DNA of 64,000 bases from Synechococcales cyanobacterium VAR_4_metabat_354 (lineage in GTDB: Bacteria > Cyanobacteriota > Cyanobacteriia > Cyanobacteriales > Chamaesiphonaceae): positions 1 through 64,000 of the forward strand of contig JANOQI010000022.1 of assembly GCA_031414775.1 (NCBI GenBank), read 5' to 3'. The notes beneath the pieces were generated by a model that was given only the letters and a program-made list of their open reading frames with translations, made no database searches and was not told the DNA's origin. Made by a program: the position numbers and the translations under genes. Of the stretch, positions 9,101 through 20,102 are shown piece after piece; position 1 is the first letter of the stretch; every line of letters begins with the position of its first letter.

Positions 9101-10942
9101 TTAAACGATCGGAGCCATTCTGACATCATTATTGATCAGCAAATCCGATAACTCTTCGGAATCAACAGTTTCCCTCTCCACCAGCATCACGGCTAGTTTG
9201 TCCAGAACACCTCTGTTTCCAACCAAGACATCCTTCGCTCGTTGATAAGCGACCGCTACTAACTCGCTAACTTCTGAATCAATCATCGATGCAGTTTCTT
9301 CTGAGAAATCTCTCTCAGTAGCAATGTCGCGACCCATGAACATATTGCTTTGCTGACGACCAAGGGCAACTGGTCCTAGCTTCTCGCTCATCCCATAACG
9401 CATCACCATTTGACGAGCTACTTTAGCTACTTGCTGTAAGTCATTAGAAGCACCAGTGGTTACTTCTTCATCACCAAAGATAATTTCTTCAGCAATCCGA
9501 CCACCCAGAGCCACGGCCATTTGGTTTTGCAGGTAGGAGCGGCTATACAAACCAGATTCCATCCGTTCTTCACTAGGCGTGAACCAAGTCAAACCACCGG
9601 CTTTTCCGCGCGGGATAATACTAATTTTTTGGACAGGATCGTAATCGGGCATTAGAGCACCGACTAGGGCGTGACCGGCTTCGTGGTAAGCGACTAAAGT
9701 TTTGCGCTTTTCGCTCATTACTCGATCTTTCTTCTCCGGACCAGCCAGAATCCGATCGATCGCATCATTCACCTCGTCCATCGAAATTTCGGTCAAGTTA
9801 CGGCGAGCAGCTAAGATCGCAGCTTCATTTAGTAAGTTAGCTAAATCGGCACCAGTAAAGCCGGGAGTCCGACGGGCAATCTTTTCTAGATCGACATCCT
9901 TAGAAAGAGTTTTGCCACGAGCGTGGACATGCATAACTTCCAAGCGGCCAGCAAAATCTGGACGATCAACTACGACCTGTCGATCGAACCTACCGGGACG
10001 GAGCAGAGCAGAATCTAACACATCAGGACGGTTGGTCGCCGCAATAATGATAATGCCAGTATTGCCTTCAAAACCATCCATTTCGGTGAGTAACTGGTTG
10101 AGGGTTTGCTCCCGCTCATCGTTGCCGCCACCCATACCAGCACCCCGTTGCCGACCAACAGCATCGATTTCATCAATAAAGACGATGCAAGGCGCTTGGG
10201 ATTTGGCTTGTTCAAACAGGTCGCGTACCCGTGAAGCACCGACACCGACAAACATCTCCACAAATTCCGAACCAGAGATCGAGAAGAAGGGAACACCAGC
10301 TTCACCAGCTACAGCCTTGGCCAACAGCGTTTTACCGGTACCAGGTGGGCCAACTAGCAATACACCCTTGGGAATTTTGGCACCCAAAGCGGTAAAGCGA
10401 TCGGCATTCTTCAAAAAGTCTACAACTTCGGTCAATTCCAATTTTGCTTGATCGATCCCGGCAACATCACTAAAAGTAACTTGCGAGTTCGGCTCCATTT
10501 GCACCCGTGCTTTGGACTTCCCAAAGTTCATGGCTTGGTTGCCAGGGCCATTCTGCGCCCGCCGAAACAGGAAGATGACACCGACTAATAACAACCCTGG
10601 CAGTAACAAACCACTCAAAGCTCTGAACCAAATACTGTCGTCGGCCTGGGGCACTACCACGATATCAACTTTGTTATCAGTCAAGATGTTGATCAACTGC
10701 GGATCGTTAGGTAAGTTGACGACGACCCGGCTATTATCCTTCTGGTTCGTAAAGATTGCTTTAGTTTTGTCAGAAGTCAAACCTACTTGACTAATTTCTT
10801 TGGCTTTTACTTTAGTTACAAAAGTGCTGTACGGCGTTGTGGTCTGGTTTTGAGCTTGCTGTGGAAAGAAGCTGGTCGCCAAAGCGACCACCACGATCGC
10901 CAGTAATACGTATAAGCCTGCGCTCTTCCATCGTTTATTCAC
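9101..10942 (-). CDS. ftsH: ATP-dependent zinc metalloprotease FtsH (FtsH3-like)
   Basis: Two TM helices, [17 protein letters not shown] and HEAGH; N-terminus [11 protein letters not shown]. Confidence 0.97.
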   Translation of the reverse strand: MNKRWKSAGLYVLLAIVVVALATSFFPQQAQNQTTTPYSTFVTKVKAKEISQVGLTSDKTKAIFTNQKDNSRVVVNLPNDPQLINILTDNKVDIVVVPQADDSIWFRALSGLLLPGLLLVGVIFLFRRAQNGPGNQAMNFGKSKARVQMEPNSQVTFSDVAGIDQAKLELTEVVDFLKNADRFTALGAKIPKGVLLVGPPGTGKTLLAKAVAGEAGVPFFSISGSEFVEMFVGVGASRVRDLFEQAKSQAPCIVFIDEIDAVGRQRGAGMGGGNDEREQTLNQLLTEMDGFEGNTGIIIIAATNRPDVLDSALLRPGRFDRQVVVDRPDFAGRLEVMHVHARGKTLSKDVDLEKIARRTPGFTGADLANLLNEAAILAARRNLTEISMDEVNDAIDRILAGPEKKDRVMSEKRKTLVAYHEAGHALVGALMPDYDPVQKISIIPRGKAGGLTWFTPSEERMESGLYSRSYLQNQMAVALGGRIAEEIIFGDEEVTTGASNDLQQVAKVARQMVMRYGMSEKLGPVALGRQQSNMFMGRDIATERDFSEETASMIDSEVSELVAVAYQRAKDVLVGNRGVLDKLAVMLVERETVDSEELSDLLINNDVRMAPIV

Positions 10943-11098
10943 GCTGATGTTACTCCTAGTATGTGATACCGACTAGCTAATTTTTAGATTATTAAGCTTG
11001 TTAGTTATTATTAACTTATGTTAACCCTTCTCTCATTTCCTGCGCTACCTATTGGCAAAAATTGATGACGGTTTTCCGTAATTCACGAAGAGGTCTGC

Positions 11099-11875
11099 TC
11101 AGCTAAAAGCTTGCTGAAGATACTCATGTTCTTGACGGTCGATCGTATATGCTTTTTGTCCAGTAGTTGTTAGCACAGTGTGGATGGGAATGAATTGCAC
11201 TACGGCATTACTATAGGCGATGCCGGTCAGTTGGTTCACTAAAGCCTGATCCCAATGGCCCTCATTTACTATTTTGCCCTGAGTTCGCAGCCATTGCATC
11301 AAATAAGTCCGAATAATCCCTGGCAAAATTCCAGCAGTCAGCGGTGGGGTGTACCAAGACTGATCTCGCCAGCCCCACAGGTTGCCAGTACTGGTTTCTA
11401 ACCAGTCGCCGACAGCATTAACTAAAATCGCTTCTTGGGTGGCTTGCCGCCGCGCTAACCAGGGTGCTAAATAATTGCCAGTCTTGTATTGAGGTAGGGT
11501 TCGATCGAACCCCGCCACTACTTCAGCCACAATTCCCTGCTGTTGTTTTTGCCCAAGATCAACTGGTAAACTTTTTCCCCAAATCAACTCCCGACCATCA
11601 GAGAACAGTGTGATTCTGACTACCTGATGGTTTTGAGCCATTAGTTTCACGCCCTTCAGGATATTTGACCAATGGGGATCAGACCAGCCTAAGCCCTGGA
11701 TATTGCTGGCTAGTCGCTGGCCATGAGCTGCCCACATAGTGAGGGGATGATCGATCGATCCCTCATAGATCCGACAGGTAGTAAACACCGAAGCGCCATA
11801 GATTAAGGCCGGATCATCATAGGCGATCTGGAGAAAGGGCGAATCGATGAACTTACCTTGATACCAATAACTCAC
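11099..11875 (-). CDS. Aminotransferase class IV (4-amino-4-deoxychorismate lyase-like)
   Basis: YGASVFTT, KTGNY, ETSTGN and GILPGI motifs. Confidence 0.85.
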   Translation of the reverse strand: MSYWYQGKFIDSPFLQIAYDDPALIYGASVFTTCRIYEGSIDHPLTMWAAHGQRLASNIQGLGWSDPHWSNILKGVKLMAQNHQVVRITLFSDGRELIWGKSLPVDLGQKQQQGIVAEVVAGFDRTLPQYKTGNYLAPWLARRQATQEAILVNAVGDWLETSTGNLWGWRDQSWYTPPLTAGILPGIIRTYLMQWLRTQGKIVNEGHWDQALVNQLTGIAYSNAVVQFIPIHTVLTTTGQKAYTIDRQEHEYLQQAFS

Positions 11876-11893
11876 AATATTGCTGCTAAACTG

Positions 11894-12688
11894 CTAAGAA
11901 CTTAGCTCCCGGGATCGCTCCGTCGCGGCTAGCACCGCTTCGATGATTGTCGATCGAAAGCCGCCTTGCTCTAAAGCTCTAATACCTGCAATCGTGGTGC
12001 CACCCGGACTAGTAACCCGGTCTTTACAAACAGCGGGATGCAGGTTGCCCTCAGCCAGAAGGTGGGCTGTCCCTAGAACTGTTTGCAAAGCTAGTTCTTG
12101 AGCCGTGCCACGCGGCAGACCGGCAGCCACCCCCCCATCGGCGAGGGCTTCAATCATAATAGCAACGTAGGCGGGACCCGATCCAGATAAACCAGTGACC
12201 GCATCGAGCTGATTTTCACTAACCTGAATCACCTTGCCCACCGTCTGAAAAATGTCAGCGGCGACCTGATATTGCTGGTCACCCACTCGCTGGCTTTTGG
12301 CAATGGCTGTAATTCCTTCACCCACTGTTGCTGGAGTGTTGGGCATACTTCTAATGACCGCTTGCTCCGTAAAAACTTTTTCCAATTGGGCGATGGTCAC
12401 CCCCGCCAAAATGGAAATAATCAATCGATCGGCTGACACACTCAAACCTTGCACAGCGGCTGTCCACACTTGGGGCTTAATTGCCAACAAAACAGTAGGA
12501 GCCTTCACAACCTCTTGATTTTGATCAGTAGTGCCTACCCCATACTGCTCTTCTAAAAATTGGCGGCGAGCGGCCAGAGGATCACTCACTACTAACTGAC
12601 CAGCTGTATAAGTTCCCACGGCAAGGAGGCGAGATAGAATAGCTTCCGCCATTACCCCACCTCCAATAATTCCTAACTGGATAGACAA
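11894..12688 (-). CDS. proC: Pyrroline-5-carboxylate reductase
   Basis: IGGGVM, MPNTP, SGSGPAY and VTSPGGTT motifs. Confidence 0.96.
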   Translation of the reverse strand: MSIQLGIIGGGVMAEAILSRLLAVGTYTAGQLVVSDPLAARRQFLEEQYGVGTTDQNQEVVKAPTVLLAIKPQVWTAAVQGLSVSADRLIISILAGVTIAQLEKVFTEQAVIRSMPNTPATVGEGITAIAKSQRVGDQQYQVAADIFQTVGKVIQVSENQLDAVTGLSGSGPAYVAIMIEALADGGVAAGLPRGTAQELALQTVLGTAHLLAEGNLHPAVCKDRVTSPGGTTIAGIRALEQGGFRSTIIEAVLAATERSRELSS

Positions 12689-12733
12689 TTACTGACCTCT
12701 AACTGCAATTCGTACAATCAATAATGCTAAACA

Positions 12734-13276
12734 CTATTGAACAGCGGCGATTGGCTCACTCATCCAATTACCAGTTGCAACCGCACGAGCCGGGCGGGCA
12801 GGGGCTGGAGCAGCTTCGGTTAATAGACTGCTTGGGGTACTAACTTGAACACAGCTAGGAGTGAACAGAAAAATATTGTCACCAATGCGTTCGTAGTGAC
12901 CATCGATCGCATAGGTACCACCAGCTACAAAGTCCACAGCACGCTGGGCTTCTTCTTGGCGAATCAAAGTCATGTTCAAAATAACCGACTTGCGTTGACG
13001 CAGAGCATCAATTACTTGAGGCATTTCTTCAAACGCTCGCGGTTCAATCAAGATCATTTCGGAGGCACCATGAGCCATGCCCGGCATACCAATAACATTA
13101 CCAGTCTTGGAACGAACTGGTTCAGTACTAGCTACTGAACGCTGATTTCTAGAAATATCTTCCATCGAGTTAGTTGGAGCAACACTACCAGTGTTATCTA
13201 CATCGTCATATTCATAATCGTAGTCGTCTTGATCGTTGAGACCAACGATATCTTTTAACTTGTTGAGGAAACTCAC
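12734..13276 (-). CDS. sepF: Cell division protein SepF
   Basis: [19 protein letters not shown] and FLFTP motifs; start placed at GTG 13276. Confidence 0.93.
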   Translation of the reverse strand: MSFLNKLKDIVGLNDQDDYDYEYDDVDNTGSVAPTNSMEDISRNQRSVASTEPVRSKTGNVIGMPGMAHGASEMILIEPRAFEEMPQVIDALRQRKSVILNMTLIRQEEAQRAVDFVAGGTYAIDGHYERIGDNIFLFTPSCVQVSTPSSLLTEAAPAPARPARAVATGNWMSEPIAAVQ

Positions 13277-13757
13277 GCTCAATGCTCCTGAATACTTAAA
13301 GGGTAGGTAATTACATCCCATGAATATACTTCTAGCAGAAATTGACAAGTTTTAATAGAGTACATATTAAATTTCTTTGTATTTCTTTAAAATTTCGATC
13401 ACTTGTACTACTTTATTGTCAGCTTTCGGAAAAAAAAATCATCCAGCAGTTTAAGATATTGTTCAATAATACAGTCTTGAAACTTTTACTAGCAAAGCTT
13501 TTCAAGCTCAAAGTATCCATTGTAATCAGGTATAATTCACTACATTTTTTTGTGATTATTAAAAAACCATGAAGATCTTAAATTTTTGTCAAGCGCTGAT
13601 CAAAAGCAGATTATTTTCTCAAGAACAACGATTTATTAGTATTTTACTGTTTACTACATTCTTTATGAATTCGAGAGTCATTTCATCATAAATTCATCAT
13701 CAAACTAGATAAAACTATTGTTTAACAAACTCTTTCCCAACTAAAATTCACTCAAAT

Positions 13758-14420
13758 TCAGGGAACAAAAATCTTGCTACCAATTCGTACCATTGTTGAC
13801 CCACTAGCCACCGCTGATGGATAGTCGTTAGACATGCCCATCGACAATTCTTTCAGGGCAATATGCGGCCAATCAAGATGGCTAATATCATCGCGCAGTT
13901 GCTGGAGAGATATAAAAAAACGCCTAGACTCTTCGGCCTGTAAGCCGAGGGGAGCGATCGCCATCAGCCCTTGGATTTTTAGATGCTGACATCGATCGAT
14001 CACCTCTAAGTCTGCTAACAATTCACTAACAGACCAACCATATTTTTGGGGATCAGGCCAAATTTTGACCTGTAAACAGATCGCGGGTCGCAACTCTAGT
14101 TCTCCAGCGATGCGCTCCAAGTGCTGCAACAGCTTTAAACTATCCACCGCCTGAATCCAATCAAAAATCTGGAGGGCTTTGCGGGCTTTATTAGTTTGCA
14201 AATGACCAATTAGATGCCAACAGATATCCGGCAAATCGGCGAGGGCAGCTTGCTTATCGATCGCTTCTGGCACTCGACTCTCCCCAAAATCTCGGATTCC
14301 AGCTGTGTAAGCTAGACGCATGAGGCTTACTGGTACGCCTTTGGTGACAGCAATCAACCGCACAGTAGTGGGCAGCTCTTGGCGGATTTCGGCAATACGT
14401 TGAGTGACAAAGTTGTTCAT
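13758..14420 (-). CDS. yggS: YggS/PipY PLP-binding protein
   Basis: AVTK, FGESR, WHLIGHLQTNK, LSMGMS and MVRIGS motifs. Confidence 0.95.
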   Translation of the reverse strand: MNNFVTQRIAEIRQELPTTVRLIAVTKGVPVSLMRLAYTAGIRDFGESRVPEAIDKQAALADLPDICWHLIGHLQTNKARKALQIFDWIQAVDSLKLLQHLERIAGELELRPAICLQVKIWPDPQKYGWSVSELLADLEVIDRCQHLKIQGLMAIAPLGLQAEESRRFFISLQQLRDDISHLDWPHIALKELSMGMSNDYPSAVASGSTMVRIGSKIFVP

Positions 14421-14622
14421 GAATATATTGATAGATCGCCGGCATTTCCCATGTTGCCACAGATCATCGGTAGGATTAAGGATGGCTATAAATTGCTGAA
14501 ATTGACTCGATCTATACGATGAAGGAATTGTTAAGCGATTGTTAAGCTAGAATTGAGAGACTATTTTCAACGTCCACATCGAACTGCTATTTTCACCCCC
14601 ACCCTAGGAGTATTGCCCCACC

Positions 14623-16101
14623 ATGATCCCCAACGATTCTCTCTTGAGCGTAGATGTTGAAACTCTTTCTGACCATGCATCTGACAAGCCGGAAGAAGCC
14701 TGCGGCGTATTTGGGGTTTATGCTCCGGGACAAGATGTCGCCAAGCTCACCTATTTTGGGCTGTATGCTTTGCAACATCGGGGACAAGAATCAGCCGGGA
14801 TCGCCACCTTTGCGGGTGAAACCATGCATTCCTATAAAAATATGGGTCTGGTATCGCAGGTTTTTAAGCCAGAAATTTTAGAAGAGTTACCTGGGGATCT
14901 GGCGATCGGACATACTCGTTATTCAACTACCGGCTCCAGTCGGCGAGTCAATGCTCAGCCGATTACGGTCGAAACCCGTTTAGGGTCTTTGGCGCTGGCG
15001 CATAATGGCAACTTAGTGAACACCATATTTCTCCGGGACTACCTAATAGAGAAGAAGTGGGATATTCAGGCGACCACCGACTCCGAGATGATTGCCCTAG
15101 CGATCGCCACCGCCGTGAATGAGGGTCAAGAATGGTCAACCGCAATTATCGATTCTCTCAAAATTTGTGAAGGAGCTTTTAGTTTAACGATCGCCACGCC
15201 TACTGGCGTAGTGGCTGTGCGGGATGCCAATGGTATTAGACCCTTAGTAATTGGGAAACTACCTGATCATCCCCAGCATTATGTTTTCGCTTCTGAAACC
15301 TGCGCCTTAGATATTTTGGGAGCAGAATATGTGCGGGATGTGCAGCCAGGAGAAATGGTTTGGGCAACAGAAAAGGGTTTGACTAGTACGATGTGGACAG
15401 TACCAGCGACCCCCAAACTCTGCGTGTTTGAGATGATTTATTTTGCCCGTCCCGACAGTTTGATGAATGAAGAGAGTCTATATAGCTATCGGATGCGAAT
15501 TGGTCGCCAACTAGCCGCTGAATCACCTCAAGATGCTGATATGGTGATTGGCGTTCCCGACTCGGGCATTCCAGCAGCTATTGGCTTTTCCCAAGCAACG
15601 GGGATCATGTATATGGAAGGGTTGATTAAGAATCGCTATGTGGGTCGGACTTTTATTCAGCCGACCCAAGAAATGCGGGAGTCTGGCATTCGGATGAAGC
15701 TGAACCCCCTGAAAGATGTACTGGCGGGTCAGCGGGTGATTATTGTTGATGATTCGATCGTGCGCGGTACCACTAGTCGCAAGTTGGTGAAAGCCCTGCG
15801 CGAAGCCGGAGCGCTGGAAGTTCATATGCGCATTTCCTCACCACCAGTTACCCATCCTTGTTTTTATGGCATCGATACCGATAGCCAAGACCATTTGATT
15901 GCAGCCACCAAGTCAGTAGCCGAAATTGCTGAGCAGATTGGGGTTGATAGTCTGGCTTATTTGAGTGAAGAGGGGATGTTGAAAGCGACTCGCCAAGATG
16001 TTGAGCATTTTTGCTCTGCTTGTTTCAATGGTGATTATCCGGTGCCGGTGCCTGAAGTGCTGAAGCGATCGAAGTTAATGTTAGAAACTACTCTTGTCTA
16101 G
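14623..16101 (+). CDS. purF: Amidophosphoribosyltransferase
   Basis: Propeptide followed by CGVFG; LQHRGQE, HNGN, VDDSIVRGTT and Fe-S cysteines. Confidence 0.97.
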   Translation: MIPNDSLLSVDVETLSDHASDKPEEACGVFGVYAPGQDVAKLTYFGLYALQHRGQESAGIATFAGETMHSYKNMGLVSQVFKPEILEELPGDLAIGHTRYSTTGSSRRVNAQPITVETRLGSLALAHNGNLVNTIFLRDYLIEKKWDIQATTDSEMIALAIATAVNEGQEWSTAIIDSLKICEGAFSLTIATPTGVVAVRDANGIRPLVIGKLPDHPQHYVFASETCALDILGAEYVRDVQPGEMVWATEKGLTSTMWTVPATPKLCVFEMIYFARPDSLMNEESLYSYRMRIGRQLAAESPQDADMVIGVPDSGIPAAIGFSQATGIMYMEGLIKNRYVGRTFIQPTQEMRESGIRMKLNPLKDVLAGQRVIIVDDSIVRGTTSRKLVKALREAGALEVHMRISSPPVTHPCFYGIDTDSQDHLIAATKSVAEIAEQIGVDSLAYLSEEGMLKATRQDVEHFCSACFNGDYPVPVPEVLKRSKLMLETTLV

Positions 16102-16120
16102 GCCAAGTCTCTGGCCGACG

Positions 16121-16150
16121 AAACCAGCCGAGAATTTAGGCTGGTTTTTT
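16121..16150 (+). terminator. Intrinsic terminator after purF
   Basis: aaaccagcc...ggctggttt followed by a T-run. Confidence 0.7.
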
Positions 16151-16238
16151 AAATGGGTGGGACTCAACAATCTTAATCTTTACAACATACTCAATAGCTC
16201 AGTAAGTAAGTACAGGACATTTCATTTAACAAGGAAGC

Positions 16239-16703
16239 TCAATTTTCAGTCCGCAATGAAAGCAAGAGTTCCTGAGGACGAGCTTCTAAAATACAGTGAT
16301 ATCGATCTGGATAATTCTTAAAGCAGTAGAGTTCATACTCATACCAATTCATCTCGGCTTTTTCAAGATTACAGTCTCGACAAATCACCCAGAAGTTCTG
16401 AAAATTCATAGATAGCCAGGGATACTGAGCACGGGGCATTTTATGGTCGATATTTCTACCACCCCGTAAATGATGATAATCACCACAAACTGGACATGTT
16501 TGAGTTGAATTATCAGACACCCATGTTTTACTAACTGTTGTGGAACCTAATTCTGAATCTGCTTGGATGTATCGCCAATGTTCATATTGTCGATAGTCTT
16601 CAAGATCTGCGTTGGTAAATCGATGATACCTTTTAGAACCAACCTTATCAACTAATTCTAAAAGTTCTTTGAGATCAGCATTTTTCAAGTCTTGTTCGAT
16701 CAT
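16239..16703 (-). CDS. HNH endonuclease with Cys4 zinc site
   Basis: CPVC ... IDHKMP ... NFWVICRDCNLEK. Confidence 0.85.
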   Translation of the reverse strand: MIEQDLKNADLKELLELVDKVGSKRYHRFTNADLEDYRQYEHWRYIQADSELGSTTVSKTWVSDNSTQTCPVCGDYHHLRGGRNIDHKMPRAQYPWLSMNFQNFWVICRDCNLEKAEMNWYEYELYCFKNYPDRYHCILEARPQELLLSLRTEN

Positions 16704-16724
16704 AGTGAGTTTAAAGATGCAAAA

Positions 16725-17147
16725 CTAACTGGTGTAATAAATTTTCTGAGAATTAGACTTTTTCCATCTTTTCGAGGAGTGACTATGGCTAAAGTCGATT
16801 ATTTCTGGCTCATGATCAGGAAAGATTTGGTCGATCAGCTCAGAAATTTGTTCAGCTTCAGCAGCCATCTCTGCTTGGAATACTCTAATCTCTTCCGGCT
16901 CTTGATATTTGTCCCCAATTCGATCGACCTCCAAGAATAGTTCCTCTAAGCTCCATTCATCTAATTCTCTCAAGCTCTCAATCTTGTCAAATAGAGCAAT
17001 AACATTGCTCCAACCTACATTGCGATAGCCATTGGCTTTTAGTAAATCACAAGTGGTCTTGGACAGTTTCTCTCGTTTGGTGCGATTATCTTTCTGTAAT
17101 GCTTTATATCTCAACCCTTTATAGCTAGACAGTTTTTTGTTACTCAT
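16725..17147 (-). CDS. Hypothetical protein (basic N-terminus, acidic helical C-terminus)
   Basis: 140-aa ORF in operon arrangement (8-bp and 21-bp gaps to its neighbours). Confidence 0.75.
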   Translation of the reverse strand: MSNKKLSSYKGLRYKALQKDNRTKREKLSKTTCDLLKANGYRNVGWSNVIALFDKIESLRELDEWSLEELFLEVDRIGDKYQEPEEIRVFQAEMAAEAEQISELIDQIFPDHEPEIIDFSHSHSSKRWKKSNSQKIYYTS

Positions 17148-17155
17148 ATTTAAGC

Positions 17156-17749
17156 TTACCCTAATAAGGATTTATAAAGTTTGGCCAAAGCTTTTCTGAT
17201 TTCGCTATCATCACTGCCCAGAATACTTTTGAAATTTTTTGATAAATTAAGTCGAATGGCATCCACTAGATTTTTTAGGCGTTTATTATCTTTCTTTAAC
17301 TCATGATTGACTTCGGTAAGTTCATGATTGCTTGAATTAAGGTTTTTAACCTTGGCACTAAGTTGAAAATTTTGTCCTTCCAATGTTTCAATCTGTTGTA
17401 CTAATTCTTGATGTTCTGATGATAAATTAGCTTTACGATCGCCTAATTGCGCAATAGTTATTTGTAGTTCGTCGCACTCTTGCTGAAGTTGAATAGCTTT
17501 TTTTTCAGCACTACTACGCTGACGACCGTAAAAAGCATTATTTTTGCCTAGTGTGCCGTTCTTTTCTGCATAAGAAGCTAGTAATTTCTCTAAGCCCAGA
17601 TTGCCTTGGGAAAGCATACTCACAAGCTGCCGACATTCATCCTCTGTTAAATCCTCACTAATATTTTTGTTGATGTTGTGTTTTTCTTTGAGCATCGTCT
17701 GAATATCATTTTTCGAGGCATTGATCATGGGATGAGGAGGCATGGCCAT
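17156..17749 (-). CDS. Hypothetical coiled-coil protein
   Basis: Heptad-rich C-terminal half; start at 17749, 17743 or 17728. Confidence 0.75.
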   Translation of the reverse strand: MAMPPHPMINASKNDIQTMLKEKHNINKNISEDLTEDECRQLVSMLSQGNLGLEKLLASYAEKNGTLGKNNAFYGRQRSSAEKKAIQLQQECDELQITIAQLGDRKANLSSEHQELVQQIETLEGQNFQLSAKVKNLNSSNHELTEVNHELKKDNKRLKNLVDAIRLNLSKNFKSILGSDDSEIRKALAKLYKSLLG

Positions 17750-17810
17750 ATGAAATAATGTGGGATATAAAATTTATTCCTTGCGATGTTCAGGCTTATC
17801 CGGAGTATTT

Positions 17811-17847
17811 ACGTAAGAGACTTCGGTTGAGCTGAAGTCTCTTATGT
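17811..17847 (-). terminator. Hairpin downstream of sir
   Basis: acgtaagagacttcgg ... ctgaagtctcttatgt inverted repeat. Confidence 0.6.
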
Positions 17848-17933
17848 GAATGTAATAGATAATTAGCTGACGGTGAATTTCAAATGATCATGACAGTTGT
17901 AATCCGGTGTGAGTCAATTTCGTTAGTGTCAAA

Positions 17934-19982
17934 CTACATTAACCAAGTATCCAAGTTATCGGCATCCGCAGGCTGATCGACAGTGGTCGTTGCTGGACGA
18001 GGTTTTACTAAAAAAGAATCAGCAGTAATAACCTGATTACTACTAGGCTTTTTACTTTTGAGTTGAGTATTTTCCTGAGCCAACTTCAAGATATCTTTTT
18101 TAGTGTTTTCCAAATCTTTCTGGAACTTCTGAGCAGCAGCCAGCTCCTTCTCTAGCTTCGCGATCGATTGATCCTTAGCTTTTAATTGATCAGTCAATTG
18201 CTGAACTTTACCAGCCAGCTGACCCCCTGGCTTAGTAATCATCACCGGATTTTGACGGGCTTGAATTTTGTCAAAGCCCACTCGATCGCAAAAATCACCA
18301 AAACTCTCTCCGGCCTGTCGATCTTGCTTAAAAAAGCTAAAGATGGGGGTCAAAAAAGTCTCCAGGTCATTAATATGCATTTTGTCGGTGAACGGCTTGG
18401 CCAAACGGGTTTGGTTGGGCGCACCACCTAACCAAACTTGATAGCTCTCCGGAAAACTGCCTACAAAAGCCAACTCGGCGAGGTAAGGACGGGCACAACC
18501 ATTGGGACAGCCCGTCATCCGAATTACCATTTGCTCATCCGGCAAACCAACAGCCGTCAGGGTTTGGCGAATCCGTTCATTAACGCTGGGCAAAACCCGT
18601 TCCGATTCGGTGACAGCTAAGCCACAAGTCGGCAAGGCCGGACAGGCCATCGATAACCGCACCAGGCTATCAATTTTTTCGGGGTCAGCTTGGACATGAG
18701 CTGCTGTCAAAATTTTGTTGATCGCCACTTTATTCTGAGGATCGATGTCATACAGCAAAGCATTTTGGTGGGGAGTGAGTCGGATCGGTAGCTGAAATTT
18801 TTCGATAATCTGCCGCAGCGCTGATCGCAACTTTAAAGTTTCGGTGTCATGCACCCGACCATTCTCGATCGATATGCCCAAAAACAGCTTGCCATCGCCT
18901 TGTTCGTGCCAGCCCAAGAAGTCCCGATATTCAAAAGCAGGTAACTCCTGGAGAGGCTGGATTTTTTTGCCGAAATATTTTTCTACTTGAGCTGTGAACT
19001 TGGCTACGCCCCAATCATTAACCAAATACTTCATCCGGGAGTGACGCCGATTTTCTCGATCGCCATAGTCCCGCTGAGTAGACACAATTGCCTTAATTAG
19101 ATCATAAATATCCGCTGCCTCAATGTAGCCGATCGGATCAGCAATCCGGGCAAAGGTTTCTTCCTTATTGTGAGTACGACCCAAGCCCCCACCGGCATAG
19201 ACATTAAAACCGAGAAGTTCACCAGCATCATTGGTGATCACCACTAATCCTACATCTTGGGAAAACAGATCGACGGAGTTATCGCCAGGCACAGTGATCG
19301 CGCATTTGAATTTGCGCGGCATATATTGAGAGCCATAGATCGGCTCTTCTCCCTCATGGAAGATCGTGCCATTGCTATTTCTTGACCGCGCCGCTTTCAC
19401 CTCTGGGGCTTCGGCGCTGACAGCTTTCTCGCCATCTAGCCAGATCTCATAGTAAGCCCCGGTCTGTGGTGCCAATAGATCAGCGATCCGATCAGCATAA
19501 TCCCAGGTATATTGGTAAGCCTTGTTATTTTGGAAAGGCGCGGGCGGGGTCATCACATTCCGATTGACATCTCCACAGGCACCCAGGGTCGAACCCAGGT
19601 TTTGCACCATTTCCTTAATTGTTGCCTTCAGATTTTTTTTGAGGATGCCATGGAGCTGAAAACCTTGACGGGTGGTAACTCGCATCGTCTCGTTGCCATA
19701 CTGACTGGCCAGCTGATCCATGGCCAAATAGAGTTGCGGCGGCACGAATCCCCCGGGGTTGCGGGTACGCAGCATCATCTGGTAGTCCTTTTCCTGACCC
19801 TTAGCCCGGTTGTCCCGATTATCCTGTTGATAGGAGCCGTGGTACTTCAGGACTTGCACCGCATCATCCGAAAAATGGGTAGTATCTTGCTGCAATTCCG
19901 TAGCGAGGGGTTCACGCAGGTAGTTACTCTGCTGTTTGAGATTTTCTACTTTAGTGAGTTTTCCAGGAGACGTACTGACCAT
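17934..19982 (-). CDS. sir: Ferredoxin-sulfite reductase with atypical C-terminal coiled-coil extension
   Basis: [35 protein letters not shown] and TGCPNGC motifs. Confidence 0.95.
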   Translation of the reverse strand: MVSTSPGKLTKVENLKQQSNYLREPLATELQQDTTHFSDDAVQVLKYHGSYQQDNRDNRAKGQEKDYQMMLRTRNPGGFVPPQLYLAMDQLASQYGNETMRVTTRQGFQLHGILKKNLKATIKEMVQNLGSTLGACGDVNRNVMTPPAPFQNNKAYQYTWDYADRIADLLAPQTGAYYEIWLDGEKAVSAEAPEVKAARSRNSNGTIFHEGEEPIYGSQYMPRKFKCAITVPGDNSVDLFSQDVGLVVITNDAGELLGFNVYAGGGLGRTHNKEETFARIADPIGYIEAADIYDLIKAIVSTQRDYGDRENRRHSRMKYLVNDWGVAKFTAQVEKYFGKKIQPLQELPAFEYRDFLGWHEQGDGKLFLGISIENGRVHDTETLKLRSALRQIIEKFQLPIRLTPHQNALLYDIDPQNKVAINKILTAAHVQADPEKIDSLVRLSMACPALPTCGLAVTESERVLPSVNERIRQTLTAVGLPDEQMVIRMTGCPNGCARPYLAELAFVGSFPESYQVWLGGAPNQTRLAKPFTDKMHINDLETFLTPIFSFFKQDRQAGESFGDFCDRVGFDKIQARQNPVMITKPGGQLAGKVQQLTDQLKAKDQSIAKLEKELAAAQKFQKDLENTKKDILKLAQENTQLKSKKPSSNQVITADSFLVKPRPATTTVDQPADADNLDTWLM

Positions 19983-20102
19983 GATACTTTTTAGATAGCC
20001 GAAGAAAGACAGAGCTTTATTCTATCTCAATATTTTCGGGATCAGTCTGCGAGATCATTACGCTTTGCTAATACTCCTGATTCTTGATCTTGATGAAGAT
20101 GA

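Noticed and set aside
9702..10451. 249-aa plus-strand ORF and similar antisense ORFs (e.g. 33894-34349, 19512-19994, 59329-59784)
   Set aside because: Shadow frames opposite conserved genes, with no recognisable motifs
13342..13757. AT-rich intergenic region with a 76-aa ORF
   Set aside because: Low-complexity translation; best explained as the sepF promoter region
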